Positions 28,415-37,049 of a DNA stretch of 64,000 bases are shown piece after piece. Each line of letters starts with the position of its first letter. The stretch's first letter is position 1. Location of the stretch: IMG/VR virus record IMGVR_UViG_3300005529_000001, positions 186,001 through 250,000 of that record; one strand, given 5' to 3'. The position numbers and the translations under genes were made by a program. Below the pieces are notes generated by a model. The model ran no database searches and was not told the origin of the DNA. It saw nothing but the letters and a program-made list of their open reading frames with translations.

Positions 28415-28825
28415 TTAGACTTTCACTCTCGTCGAGACAATCTCAAATGTTTCTGTCTCGATTTGTAGGTAAGTTGTCAACAGGCCTGAGCTGTTGTAAT
28501 CGAGCTTGTCAAACCACATCTTCTGGGGACGTACCCTAAACTTCCACAGCTCAACGACAGTGCCCACAGGGTCCAAGAACTTCAGCTCCCCATCTTTCGA
28601 CAGAGGCGCATCGAGCCAGGCTTTGAGGCGTTCGTTTTGATCGCCACTAGCTACGTTAAAAAGCCCAAGGACCAAAATCTTAGTCGAACTATTTGATTCG
28701 ATCACCGGTGGTTCGACCGTCTTGACGAGGTAGGCGTCAACGCCCTCCAACATCATGACCCAGCGATTGACTCGCAAGGGTTCGAACTTGTTTGGCAACA
28801 GCTTATTTTCGTCTACAATCTTCAT
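28415..28825 (-). CDS. Truncated paralog of tail tube protein
   Basis: Shares LPNKFEP, NRWV, EGxDAYxxKT and LDPVGTVVELW with 57602..58090. Confidence 0.8.
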   Translation of the reverse strand: MKIVDENKLLPNKFEPLRVNRWVMMLEGVDAYLVKTVEPPVIESNSSTKILVLGLFNVASGDQNERLKAWLDAPLSKDGELKFLDPVGTVVELWKFRVRPQKMWFDKLDYNSSGLLTTYLQIETETFEIVSTRVKV

Positions 28826-28851
28826 GATCCTAGCTAGACGCTAGGTCAGGA

Positions 28852-29259
28852 TCAGTAGCCGTTATTGATCCGGTCAGTGTTGACGTCGCCCTTATCCAGG
28901 TACGCCTTGACTAACTCATCAAGGCTGATGCCGCTAGCAATGACCAGCTCGAAGTACAGGTGAAGAGCATCAACCAACTCCTCTTTGTATGCTTCGCGAT
29001 CGACCTCAGGAAGCTCAGTTGCACGGTGAGACTTGGCGTTCTTCAGGTGCAATCCCGCCTCAAACAGCTCTTCAAAGATGTGGTTCCTGATGTCTTTCAG
29101 GAACTTCTGGCCTTTCTTGGACGTGATGTCCGTCGGAAACTCCGGGAAACCACGCTTCTCCTGGAGAAGATGCATGAAAGCGACCTGCTGGTCCCACATC
29201 GCTTTCAACCTGTCAGAATGCTGGTCCCCTGTCGGGGTGAGTTCAATTTCTGCGTTCAT
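28852..29259 (-). CDS. All-alpha dUTP/dCTP pyrophosphatase (MazG-like, T4 gp56-like)
   Basis: EELFEA, KEELVDALH, KGDVNTDRINNGY. Confidence 0.8.
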   Translation of the reverse strand: MNAEIELTPTGDQHSDRLKAMWDQQVAFMHLLQEKRGFPEFPTDITSKKGQKFLKDIRNHIFEELFEAGLHLKNAKSHRATELPEVDREAYKEELVDALHLYFELVIASGISLDELVKAYLDKGDVNTDRINNGY

Positions 29260-29267
29260 GGTTTGTT

Positions 29268-29534
29268 TCAGTTGTCGGAATCAGGTGGGATGATGAACTT
29301 GTTTCCACGCGTCTGGGCCTGGATCTCACGAGCCTGTGCCAACATCTTTTCGTGCATCTCACGGACCTGTTTCTGGTACTCTGGCGACAACACCAACACG
29401 TGAGAGTCTGATTCGTCAGGAATACAGCGGATCTGTCGCAAGTAATCGCTGCAATCTGTCCCGGTCAGCATTGCTTCCTGGACGATTTGGACGACACGGT
29501 GCCACACGCTGTCAGCAAACTTCAGTTCTTTCAT
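29268..29534 (-). CDS. Hypothetical protein
   Basis: 88 aa ORF. Confidence 0.6.
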   Translation of the reverse strand: MKELKFADSVWHRVVQIVQEAMLTGTDCSDYLRQIRCIPDESDSHVLVLSPEYQKQVREMHEKMLAQAREIQAQTRGNKFIIPPDSDN

Positions 29535-29555
29535 TGATAAGCCTCGAACGTGATC

Positions 29556-30173
29556 CTACATCGACTTGAGCCGGCTGATACTGTCCCTGATGTCTTCCCC
29601 GAGTGAAGTTGGGCACTCCCTGCCCACGCAGTGCCATCCTGGAGTGGCACGACGGGCGAACAACTCGAGCCTGTTCGCTTCCGGGAACATGGCCTCAAAG
29701 CTTGCGTGAAGGTGTTGGGGTTTAATGGAATGTCCCAGGTTCGGGTAAAAGCAGACGCTCCTTTGTGAGTGATCTTCCAAGCTCTTGTAGACACTCTTAC
29801 CCGAAGCGCAGATGTATGCTGTCTCGTGTGTCTGTCGAAACAGCCGGCCCATGCCAAAAGCCAAGCACTCATCGACGTACATCATGTGCTTGGGCATCTT
29901 CTTCTTGGTCTTGACCCAGACAAAGTTCTGCTTCAATTTGAAGCCCCAACCCTGGTAGACCTGGATTCCCGCCTCCATGAACGATCCTGGGACCCACAGG
30001 CCCAGGACACAACCATCGGGATCAGCGAGCGACGCTACGTCAAGACCGATGATGTCATTGAGCGTCATCACGCCGTACTGTGACTCCGCCGAACGACGCG
30101 TGTTCGCTTTCATTTTCGCCAGCTTGTCATCGAACGACCAAGGCGGGTCAGCAATGATGACTTGGAATTTCAT
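29556..30173 (-). CDS. MT-A70 family adenine methyltransferase
   Basis: IADPPW, LGLWV, WVK, HSIKP, LELFARR. Confidence 0.9.
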   Translation of the reverse strand: MKFQVIIADPPWSFDDKLAKMKANTRRSAESQYGVMTLNDIIGLDVASLADPDGCVLGLWVPGSFMEAGIQVYQGWGFKLKQNFVWVKTKKKMPKHMMYVDECLAFGMGRLFRQTHETAYICASGKSVYKSLEDHSQRSVCFYPNLGHSIKPQHLHASFEAMFPEANRLELFARRATPGWHCVGRECPTSLGEDIRDSISRLKSM

Positions 30174-30787
30174 GCGTGTTGGCTCGTTGAGCTGCGGATG
30201 ACGTTCGTGTTCTCCAGCAATGCTCGGATGCTGTGATGGACGTCCATGACCGCGTCATGGTTGTCAACCAACGCATGACCGGGCCAGTTCATGCCGATGC
30301 CACGGTAAGCGACCCTCACTTTGGTCTGGAGGTCTGAGTCTTTCTCGTAGGAATCATCCGTGGTCGTTGACCGTTTGTACGAGGTACCTGACAACACCAA
30401 CGTGATGTCAGAACGCTTGACAAGGTTGAACATCCACTTGTTCAACGTGGGGTTGATTCCCTCAGCTTCGCCATAAACGAAGCCAGACAGGGCCCATCGG
30501 TCAAGGATGACGATCTCGTGTTCTCTCATCAGCTTGGGCAGCTTAAACAGCTGGAAGTAGACCTTATTGAGGAACTGGACAAACTGGAACGTGTTGGGGT
30601 GACGTTTAGCAGCACCCGAGTCGAGCATCGAGTAGATGAGTTTCTTCATCCTCGGGTGAGCTTCCTTGGAAGGCTCAACGCGGATGACCCGGAAGCCTTC
30701 GGCTTTCAAGACGTTGGCAAGCAACTTCGATTGCGTTTCTTTGCCCACCTTGTCAGGGCCCTCGAACACCACCAGCTTAGCTCTCAT
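30170..30787 (-). CDS. tmk: Thymidylate kinase
   Basis: FEGPDKVGKETQ, EPS, ILDRWALSGFVY. Confidence 0.88.
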   Translation of the reverse strand: MRAKLVVFEGPDKVGKETQSKLLANVLKAEGFRVIRVEPSKEAHPRMKKLIYSMLDSGAAKRHPNTFQFVQFLNKVYFQLFKLPKLMREHEIVILDRWALSGFVYGEAEGINPTLNKWMFNLVKRSDITLVLSGTSYKRSTTTDDSYEKDSDLQTKVRVAYRGIGMNWPGHALVDNHDAVMDVHHSIRALLENTNVIRSSTSQHA

Positions 30788-30821
30788 TGTCACCACATCC
30801 TATCCCTTATCTGCGTCCAGT

Positions 30822-31793
30822 TCATTCGGCGGGGCGCGCGAGGAAGTTTGCTTCGTGCGGTAACGTCTTCCGAAGCTGGACCCAGCCCCTGAAGTTGCCA
30901 CAGAAGTTTTTGGCTGGATCGAAGTTGTCGGCGATGAATTGACCAGGAGTCCCGTACTTGTATTCCGCCTCACTGACTGTCATCGGACGAGCAACGTGTT
31001 CGAACGGTGACATGTGTCCCGCCTTTTGGAGACGAGTCGCTAGATCGATGTCGGCTTTGATGTCACGCTTGCCGGTGTCATGCGTCAGGTACGACACCCG
31101 AGCACACCGACCAGCGCTGATCCAACACGCTTCCTGCCACCGCATCATCACGCAAGGTCCCGGCACGGGCTCGTTCCACTCAGGCGAGTCATCAGCAAGG
31201 ACAAACTCATCGGGCTGCATTAGCGGCAAATGCCACTCATTGGGCATGACCTGTTTCGGCTGGGACGCATCAAACGCACGCTTCATGTGTTCAGCAGCGG
31301 TTCGCATCTCGGGTTGAGCGGCTTTATGACAACGCAAGCCCCAAAAATTGTCCCACTCCGTTGCAGTAACGATGACCGTGTGCCACAACCATGGCTCAAG
31401 GATCCGGTTGGCGATCTGCTTGTGAAGGTCAATGTCTTCTAGCTGCAAACGCTCAACGTGTCGGACAGCGCTGTCTCGAGCACGCAACCACTCCGCTTCA
31501 GCTTTGACTTTGGGCATAGGTTCCAGTTCAACCTCTGCCTCCATCCCCTTCTGGTTCTTTCCCCAGAAAACAGGAAGGAACGGGTCATTTGTCACCCGTT
31601 CCAACATCTTCTTGATCGGAATCGCTCGGCTAGAAGCACTGTTCCGAGAGAACATCCGATGCGTGTTAAGCTCCGCCAACACGATCCGAGGAAGAGTGAC
31701 TTCCATCGTCACAAGCCGTGGTCCTAACGTTTGATGGTTGGGCCACTTGATTACCGGAATGCTATCAGCAAGAACTCGAGCGCTAAAACCCAT
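30822..31793 (-). CDS. thyX: FAD-dependent thymidylate synthase
   Basis: AELNTHRMFSRNSASSR ThyX signature, AQPE, HMSPFEH. Confidence 0.88.
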   Translation of the reverse strand: MGFSARVLADSIPVIKWPNHQTLGPRLVTMEVTLPRIVLAELNTHRMFSRNSASSRAIPIKKMLERVTNDPFLPVFWGKNQKGMEAEVELEPMPKVKAEAEWLRARDSAVRHVERLQLEDIDLHKQIANRILEPWLWHTVIVTATEWDNFWGLRCHKAAQPEMRTAAEHMKRAFDASQPKQVMPNEWHLPLMQPDEFVLADDSPEWNEPVPGPCVMMRWQEACWISAGRCARVSYLTHDTGKRDIKADIDLATRLQKAGHMSPFEHVARPMTVSEAEYKYGTPGQFIADNFDPAKNFCGNFRGWVQLRKTLPHEANFLARPAE

Positions 31794-31801
31794 ACCCCAA
31801 C

Positions 31802-32068
31802 TTACACCCGACGGGTGAAGTTGAATAACGCATCTTCTAAGACGTCGTAAAGCTTTTCTTCAAGAGTATCACACACATCATTCATCGCAGCAATGGCTTC
31901 ACGCTGGTCTGATGGGTTCTCGCTCTTGTTCAGCAAGATGAATTGCTTGATCCGATCACGGACCTGATCGACAAAGTCAGTCGTGTCTTGGCGCAGCGCC
32001 CATTCTGGAACGCCGTGAAGGTATTCTTCTCTGATCAGCTTTCTGACGGCGCCAAGTCTGACTTTCAC
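31802..32068 (-). CDS. Small protein with shared N-terminal motif
   Basis: MKVRLGAVRKLIREE. Confidence 0.72.
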   Translation of the reverse strand: MKVRLGAVRKLIREEYLHGVPEWALRQDTTDFVDQVRDRIKQFILLNKSENPSDQREAIAAMNDVCDTLEEKLYDVLEDALFNFTRRV

Positions 32069-32436
32069 GCGACAGCTTTCTTAGCGACTGGAGCGGGCTG
32101 TTCAGCTGAACCCGCTTTGGTTGCCTCGGCCCAAGCAGTTTGGACTGCTTTGTGAACACGAGCCATCATCACCTCGGTTGCCTTGTTGGACGCTGCTTTG
32201 ATCTGCTCCCAAGCTTGATCATCGAACTCACGGGTCTCCGCGTTGTATTGGTCCTTTGCCGCGAGCATCATGTTCTGCTGGATCGCGCCCCGAAACGGTT
32301 GCTCTAGCGATGCAAGCGCTTTTGCGATGTTCGGCTGGTCCATCGGATCCTGGACAGGCTTGTTGTTCGCAAACGCAGACGGCGAGACCGCGACCTCTCG
32401 CAAGATCCGTTTCAAAGTGCCCAACCGAACCCTCAT
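32065..32436 (-). CDS. Protein with shared N-terminal motif
   Basis: MRVRLGTLKRILREV. Confidence 0.72.
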   Translation of the reverse strand: MRVRLGTLKRILREVAVSPSAFANNKPVQDPMDQPNIAKALASLEQPFRGAIQQNMMLAAKDQYNAETREFDDQAWEQIKAASNKATEVMMARVHKAVQTAWAEATKAGSAEQPAPVAKKAVA

Positions 32437-32439
32437 GGC

Positions 32440-32979
32440 TCAGTGCCTCCCGCGGGGATGCATGGGAGGCAGGACAGCGTCTTCATCACCGCTAGCGTGG
32501 TAACCGCGTTGCGGCTCACGGCCCGTCGGGGCGTGCTTCTCTGGACCGCCAACATCGACATGGCCCGTGCCACCTGTAACCCCGCCAGCTTTCCCAGTAT
32601 TCCGCGGGTGCATCGGGAGGATGTCATCCTCATCCATCTCGTCAAACTCACCCGACTGGAGCATGTCAGCCGTCTCTCTGACGTCGTTCTCGATCAACCG
32701 GCACAAGTAATGAGAAGCGAGCTTGGCTGCGCGCCCATCGTCTACTTCTACGCCCTCATAGAGCTGGTTGTCTGAGTGAAAAGCCTCGATCAGGTCAATG
32801 ATCGCGTGCTGGAGCGCTGTCGAGAGCTCGACCTTTCTGGGCGTCTCATCGAGCAACTCATCTTCTGCATCGATCCCTTCAAGGATCCGGTGACGCTCCT
32901 GCTGAGAGCTGTGAAACGCTCGTGACTCTTCGATGACGATCTCGTTGATCATCTCCTCTTGACGCTTCGTGAGCCCCAT
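32440..32979 (-). CDS. Acidic protein with looser form of shared N-terminal motif
   Basis: MGLTKRQEEMINEIVIEE after AGGAG SD; PMHPR repeated twice. Confidence 0.68.
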   Translation of the reverse strand: MGLTKRQEEMINEIVIEESRAFHSSQQERHRILEGIDAEDELLDETPRKVELSTALQHAIIDLIEAFHSDNQLYEGVEVDDGRAAKLASHYLCRLIENDVRETADMLQSGEFDEMDEDDILPMHPRNTGKAGGVTGGTGHVDVGGPEKHAPTGREPQRGYHASGDEDAVLPPMHPRGRH

Positions 32980-32998
32980 CTGTGACACTCCTGAGCGA

Positions 32999-33005
32999 TA
33001 AGTAT
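32999..33005 (-). promoter_or_regulatory. Putative late promoter ATACTTA
   Basis: Heads the three-gene motif operon 31802..32979. Confidence 0.6.
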
Positions 33006-33012
33006 GGCTCGC

Positions 33013-35523
33013 TCAGCACTTGCTCCAGCCACACATGGTCCCGTCCTGCTTCACCCCTCCGAGGCACGACACGCATCCCTGCTGGTAAACAAGAGTCTCT
33101 CCCCCGCACTCTGGACACCGTTTCTCGCTAGTGTGAGCCTTGGTCCCGTCAACGATGTAGCCCTTCAGGACCCGGGCGACCACCGAGCTAAAGCTGGTGA
33201 TGTCACTGTGCTTGTCTTTTTTTAGCTGCTCAACCAAGAACTGGACAGGTGTCCCATGGCGGAGAGACAAGCTGATCATCCGGGTGAAAGCCCCGTGAAC
33301 GGGGTTATCAAACATGCTGACGATGTCTTTCAACACTAGCTCGTCATCATCGCCCAATGGGATCCGCAAGTTGTATGTTGCGACGCCGTCTTTCTTGCCG
33401 TTCTTGACGATGAGAGCTTTCTTTGCTTTCTTTGGGATCTCAACCTGTTCGCTGAGGCCTGCGAAGATCTCGTAAGGCCTGTCGCCCAGGGTTCCGACCA
33501 GCATCAGGTATTGCTCGCCTTTGACGTTGACCCGATGGATGTCAGCCTGCATCTCCTTGGGACGCTTGGGAGCGTGAGTCTCAACGATGATCAGGGGCTG
33601 CCCGTTTTCGGACGTTGCACCCTCGTTGACAATGACAGCATCGCGGCTGCCGATCCGGTAGATGGTGACGCCTTTGCACCCAGTTTCCCAACCATGCCAG
33701 CACAGCTCTTCGACGTCATCATTAGAAACGTCTTTGGGCAAGTTGGTGGTGTTGCTGATGCTGTGACAGATCCATTTTTGTGCAGTGGCCTGGATGTCGA
33801 TCTTCTTAATGAAGTCGATCTCTTCAACAGTAGAACCAAAGTAAGGTGACTCTTTGGGATCAGACTTCCCGGTTATCTCCATCCATTTCTTGAACCCGGG
33901 ATGGATGAGATCGTAGTACTGCCACTTGTCTCCCAGGGCATCGACTTCGTCGATCCGTGACGCACGGTCTTCTTCGGTGATCTTACGCTTGCGACGTGAC
34001 TTGACGAACAAAACGGGTTCACAACCGCTGGTCGTTTGGGTCAGGATCGACATGCTGCCTGCCGGAGCCGTCGTTGTCAGAGCGATGTTACGACGACCGA
34101 ACTGCTTGTAAGCACGTCGCAAGTCAGGGTCTTCATCCATGATACGCTCGATGAACGGGTGACCCTTCTCTACATCGTGTGAGAAAATCGGGAACGCACC
34201 ACGCTCCGCTGCCATGTCAACCGTCGATCGGTATGCCGACAGAGCAAGCTGCCTGTAGATCTTGTCTGCAAGCTGGATGCTTGCATCGCTACCATATTGC
34301 AGGTTGCACATCGCAAATGTGTCGCCCAGAGCAGTTATGCCCAACCCAGTGCGGCGGCCGTTGACTGCAGCGTTCTTGATCTTTGTCCACAAATCACGTT
34401 CAACGCGCTTGACGTCAGTAGGCTCGGGATCAACGTCAATCTTCGCCAGAATCCGGTCAACAGCTTCAAGTTCAAGATCGATGAGGTCATCCATCAAGCG
34501 TTGAGCTTGATACGTTGATCTGTCAAAACGCTCAAAATCGAACCTAGCATCTTTGGTGAACGGGTTATTAACGAACTTTGACAGGTTCATCAACAACAGA
34601 CGACACGAGTCGTAAGCTGACAGGGTGATCTCGCCACACGGGTTGGTGCTGATGCTGCCATAACCAGACTCGCGGTAAGCGTCAGCGGGTCCCATCTTCT
34701 CGACCTGGTCCCAAAACAGCATGCCTGGTTCGCTGCAATCACGCATCGCAGCGACGATATTCTTCCAGACTTCTTTTGCATCAACCCATTGTTCGATGAC
34801 ATACTGGCCTGGCTTGCCATCAACTGGGAAACGTTGTTGGTACTTCTCTCCCTTGTTGACAGCGCGCATGAACTCGTCTGTCACGCGGATGGAGACGTTC
34901 GCACCCGTCACCTTTTTCCGGTCACGTTTGATGTTTGCAAACGTCAACACTTCCGGATGATGGACGCTGATCGTCAGCATCAGAGCACCTCGGCGACCAC
35001 CCTGTGCTACTTCTCGGCAGGTGTTGGAGTACCTCTCCATGAAGACGCCGATCCCGTCGGTGGTCCTAGCTGCGTTAGCCGCCGCCATGCCACGGGGCCT
35101 GATCGTCGATAGGTCAAAGCCCACGCCACCACGACGCTTCATGATCTGGACTTCTTCCTGGTCCGTCTTCATGATGCCACCGTAGCTGTCGAAGGGCGAC
35201 TGGATCACAAAGCAATTGCTGAGGCTCTGTACTTGGTATGGGTTGCCAATAGCGGAGAGGGGCCCGCCTTGAGGGACAACTTCCCATGAAGTCAACAGGC
35301 GTTTGATCTCTTCAAACGAGATTGCGTTGACGTACTTGCTTTCAGCACGATGAAATTCCCGAGCAATGCGCTCATGCATCTCATCGGGTGATCGCTCGTA
35401 GAGAACACCCTTCAGGTCTTGAAGCGCGTACTTGCCCGCAAAAACGTCTGCAGCAAGCTCATCTCCGTGAAAATATGTGATCGAGGCATCACGCACCTCG
35501 TTGTAGGTGTATGTCGTCGTCAA
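33013..35523 (-). CDS. nrdJ: Class II (adenosylcobalamin-dependent) ribonucleotide reductase
   Basis: SNCFV, GGVGFDLS, GGRRGALM, TNPCGEI, CRLLLMNL, GLGITA; C-terminal TSCPD-like domain and Zn ribbon; no beta subunit seen. Confidence 0.92.
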   Translation of the reverse strand: MTTTYTYNEVRDASITYFHGDELAADVFAGKYALQDLKGVLYERSPDEMHERIAREFHRAESKYVNAISFEEIKRLLTSWEVVPQGGPLSAIGNPYQVQSLSNCFVIQSPFDSYGGIMKTDQEEVQIMKRRGGVGFDLSTIRPRGMAAANAARTTDGIGVFMERYSNTCREVAQGGRRGALMLTISVHHPEVLTFANIKRDRKKVTGANVSIRVTDEFMRAVNKGEKYQQRFPVDGKPGQYVIEQWVDAKEVWKNIVAAMRDCSEPGMLFWDQVEKMGPADAYRESGYGSISTNPCGEITLSAYDSCRLLLMNLSKFVNNPFTKDARFDFERFDRSTYQAQRLMDDLIDLELEAVDRILAKIDVDPEPTDVKRVERDLWTKIKNAAVNGRRTGLGITALGDTFAMCNLQYGSDASIQLADKIYRQLALSAYRSTVDMAAERGAFPIFSHDVEKGHPFIERIMDEDPDLRRAYKQFGRRNIALTTTAPAGSMSILTQTTSGCEPVLFVKSRRKRKITEEDRASRIDEVDALGDKWQYYDLIHPGFKKWMEITGKSDPKESPYFGSTVEEIDFIKKIDIQATAQKWICHSISNTTNLPKDVSNDDVEELCWHGWETGCKGVTIYRIGSRDAVIVNEGATSENGQPLIIVETHAPKRPKEMQADIHRVNVKGEQYLMLVGTLGDRPYEIFAGLSEQVEIPKKAKKALIVKNGKKDGVATYNLRIPLGDDDELVLKDIVSMFDNPVHGAFTRMISLSLRHGTPVQFLVEQLKKDKHSDITSFSSVVARVLKGYIVDGTKAHTSEKRCPECGGETLVYQQGCVSCLGGVKQDGTMCGWSKC

Positions 35524-35585
35524 GTTCGCCCTCTCCTGGGTGACCGATGTGGTGTGTCAGGGGGCGAGCTGGCGCCGAGCCCGCC
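35523..35585 (-). promoter_or_regulatory. Putative two-state RNA switch in nrdJ leader
   Basis: AGCTCGCC (35570-35563) can pair upstream with GGCGGGCT or downstream across SD/start (CAGGAGAGGGCGAACT). Confidence 0.45.
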
Positions 35586-35606
35586 GGTACGCTATGCAGC
35601 TCATAC

Positions 35607-37049
35607 CTATTCCGCTCCCTGGGCAGGTGCGTTGACGTCAATCAGTTTTGGCGCAACGTTGAGCTGCTCTTTTTTCATCTCTTCGAGTTTGGCAAGAATC
35701 TGCCGCTTGGACGCTTTTTCATCATCTTCGGACGCTTTCTGGAAGCTCATCACGTTGCCTGAAACAGCGAACTTGCTCCGCGCCGTATCGATGAGCAGGG
35801 GATAGACCAGACCATCTCTGCCAAATCGGTTCTTGGCCACGCACAGGCGTCCCTCTCCAGTCGCCTTCTCGTGCGTCCGCCGGCTAAGGCTGAGAACAGC
35901 ATCGGCGACAAACGCCTTGCCATAAGCCTCGCTCATGTTGTTGAGGTCAACAACTTCCTGGCTGCTTCCCTCACGGTTGGACTGAGATGCCGTCCAACCT
36001 GGGATGTGCTTCTCTTGCAAGAACGATCGAAGTTCTTCGTAGATCAGTTTCAGTTCGTGCCGCAATGAGTCGTACTGACGACTAGAACGCATGATGTCAG
36101 CGTAGTCAATCAGCAACAACCCAGGCCGGAAACCTCGCAAGTCAAGCCTCTCCATGTGAGCACGGATGGTGTAGATGGTCGCGGTGTTGGCGGGAAACTC
36201 TTTGATCATCAAACGTCCCAGCTTCATGCCCTGGTATGCTTGGATGACCTTGTCTTTGTTCTCGATAACGACGTTGCTGTCGATGTCGCAAAGATTTGAG
36301 TCGTATCTCAACCCGACTGCAGCTTCTGATAATTCTAGCGTGTAGTGAAGGACATCAACTCCCTCCCTGAGAGCCTGGCAACCCAACGCCACCAAGAAGT
36401 GACTCTTGCCCACACCCGTGGGCGCGACCACCACACCCAGCTCTCCAGCACCGAGCCCGCCTTGGAGGACTTCTTTGCGGTCTAGCTCTTCGATGCCGGT
36501 GGGCACACAGTTCCGCTGGAGACGAGTGAACCTTGACTCGTAGTCAGTGAAAAAATCATGTCCCAGTGACGGGGTGGTGCCCACCTGCACTGCTTTCTTG
36601 ATGCCATCAACGATCTCTTCGTACTTGCCGTCTTGGATCTTTTCCGCCGCGACCATCAGCTCCTGTTTCAGAGCTTGCTTGCGGCAGAAATCGAGTGATT
36701 TTTCTTTGACGAATTGCAAATCTCCAGAGTCAGGGTTCGCACGCATCCGCATCAAGTATTCGATGATCTGGTCACGCAACAGGATGTCGCTACCCTGTTT
36801 CAGGTCATCTTTGATGATAGTCACCAGCAGCTGGAATGACGGAAAGACCTTGTATTTCTTGGAGTAATCAAAGTACCTCTCGCCCAAAAACTGAAGGTAC
36901 TTGAGATCAAAGTAAGAGACGTCAAACACCTCTCCCATCTGTTCTGCCCACTGACGGTCAGTCAGCAGCGCTTGCATGACCTTCTCTTGGAAGGGTTTTC
37001 CATACTGACCGAAGCTGACGTCAGTCCTGACAGATACGTGCTCAGTCAT
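35607..37049 (-). CDS. dnaB: Replicative helicase (DnaB/T4 gp41-like)
   Basis: APTGVGKS, YTLELSE, LIDYAD, TASQSNR, AKNRFG. Confidence 0.92.
   Translation of the reverse strand: MTEHVSVRTDVSFGQYGKPFQEKVMQALLTDRQWAEQMGEVFDVSYFDLKYLQFLGERYFDYSKKYKVFPSFQLLVTIIKDDLKQGSDILLRDQIIEYLMRMRANPDSGDLQFVKEKSLDFCRKQALKQELMVAAEKIQDGKYEEIVDGIKKAVQVGTTPSLGHDFFTDYESRFTRLQRNCVPTGIEELDRKEVLQGGLGAGELGVVVAPTGVGKSHFLVALGCQALREGVDVLHYTLELSEAAVGLRYDSNLCDIDSNVVIENKDKVIQAYQGMKLGRLMIKEFPANTATIYTIRAHMERLDLRGFRPGLLLIDYADIMRSSRQYDSLRHELKLIYEELRSFLQEKHIPGWTASQSNREGSSQEVVDLNNMSEAYGKAFVADAVLSLSRRTHEKATGEGRLCVAKNRFGRDGLVYPLLIDTARSKFAVSGNVMSFQKASEDDEKASKRQILAKLEEMKKEQLNVAPKLIDVNAPAQGAE

Noticed and set aside
35524-35606. Canonical cobalamin riboswitch or NrdR box upstream of nrdJ
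   Set aside because: The intergenic region is only ~80 nt with no B12-box or NrdR palindrome; reported instead as a simple two-state hairpin.
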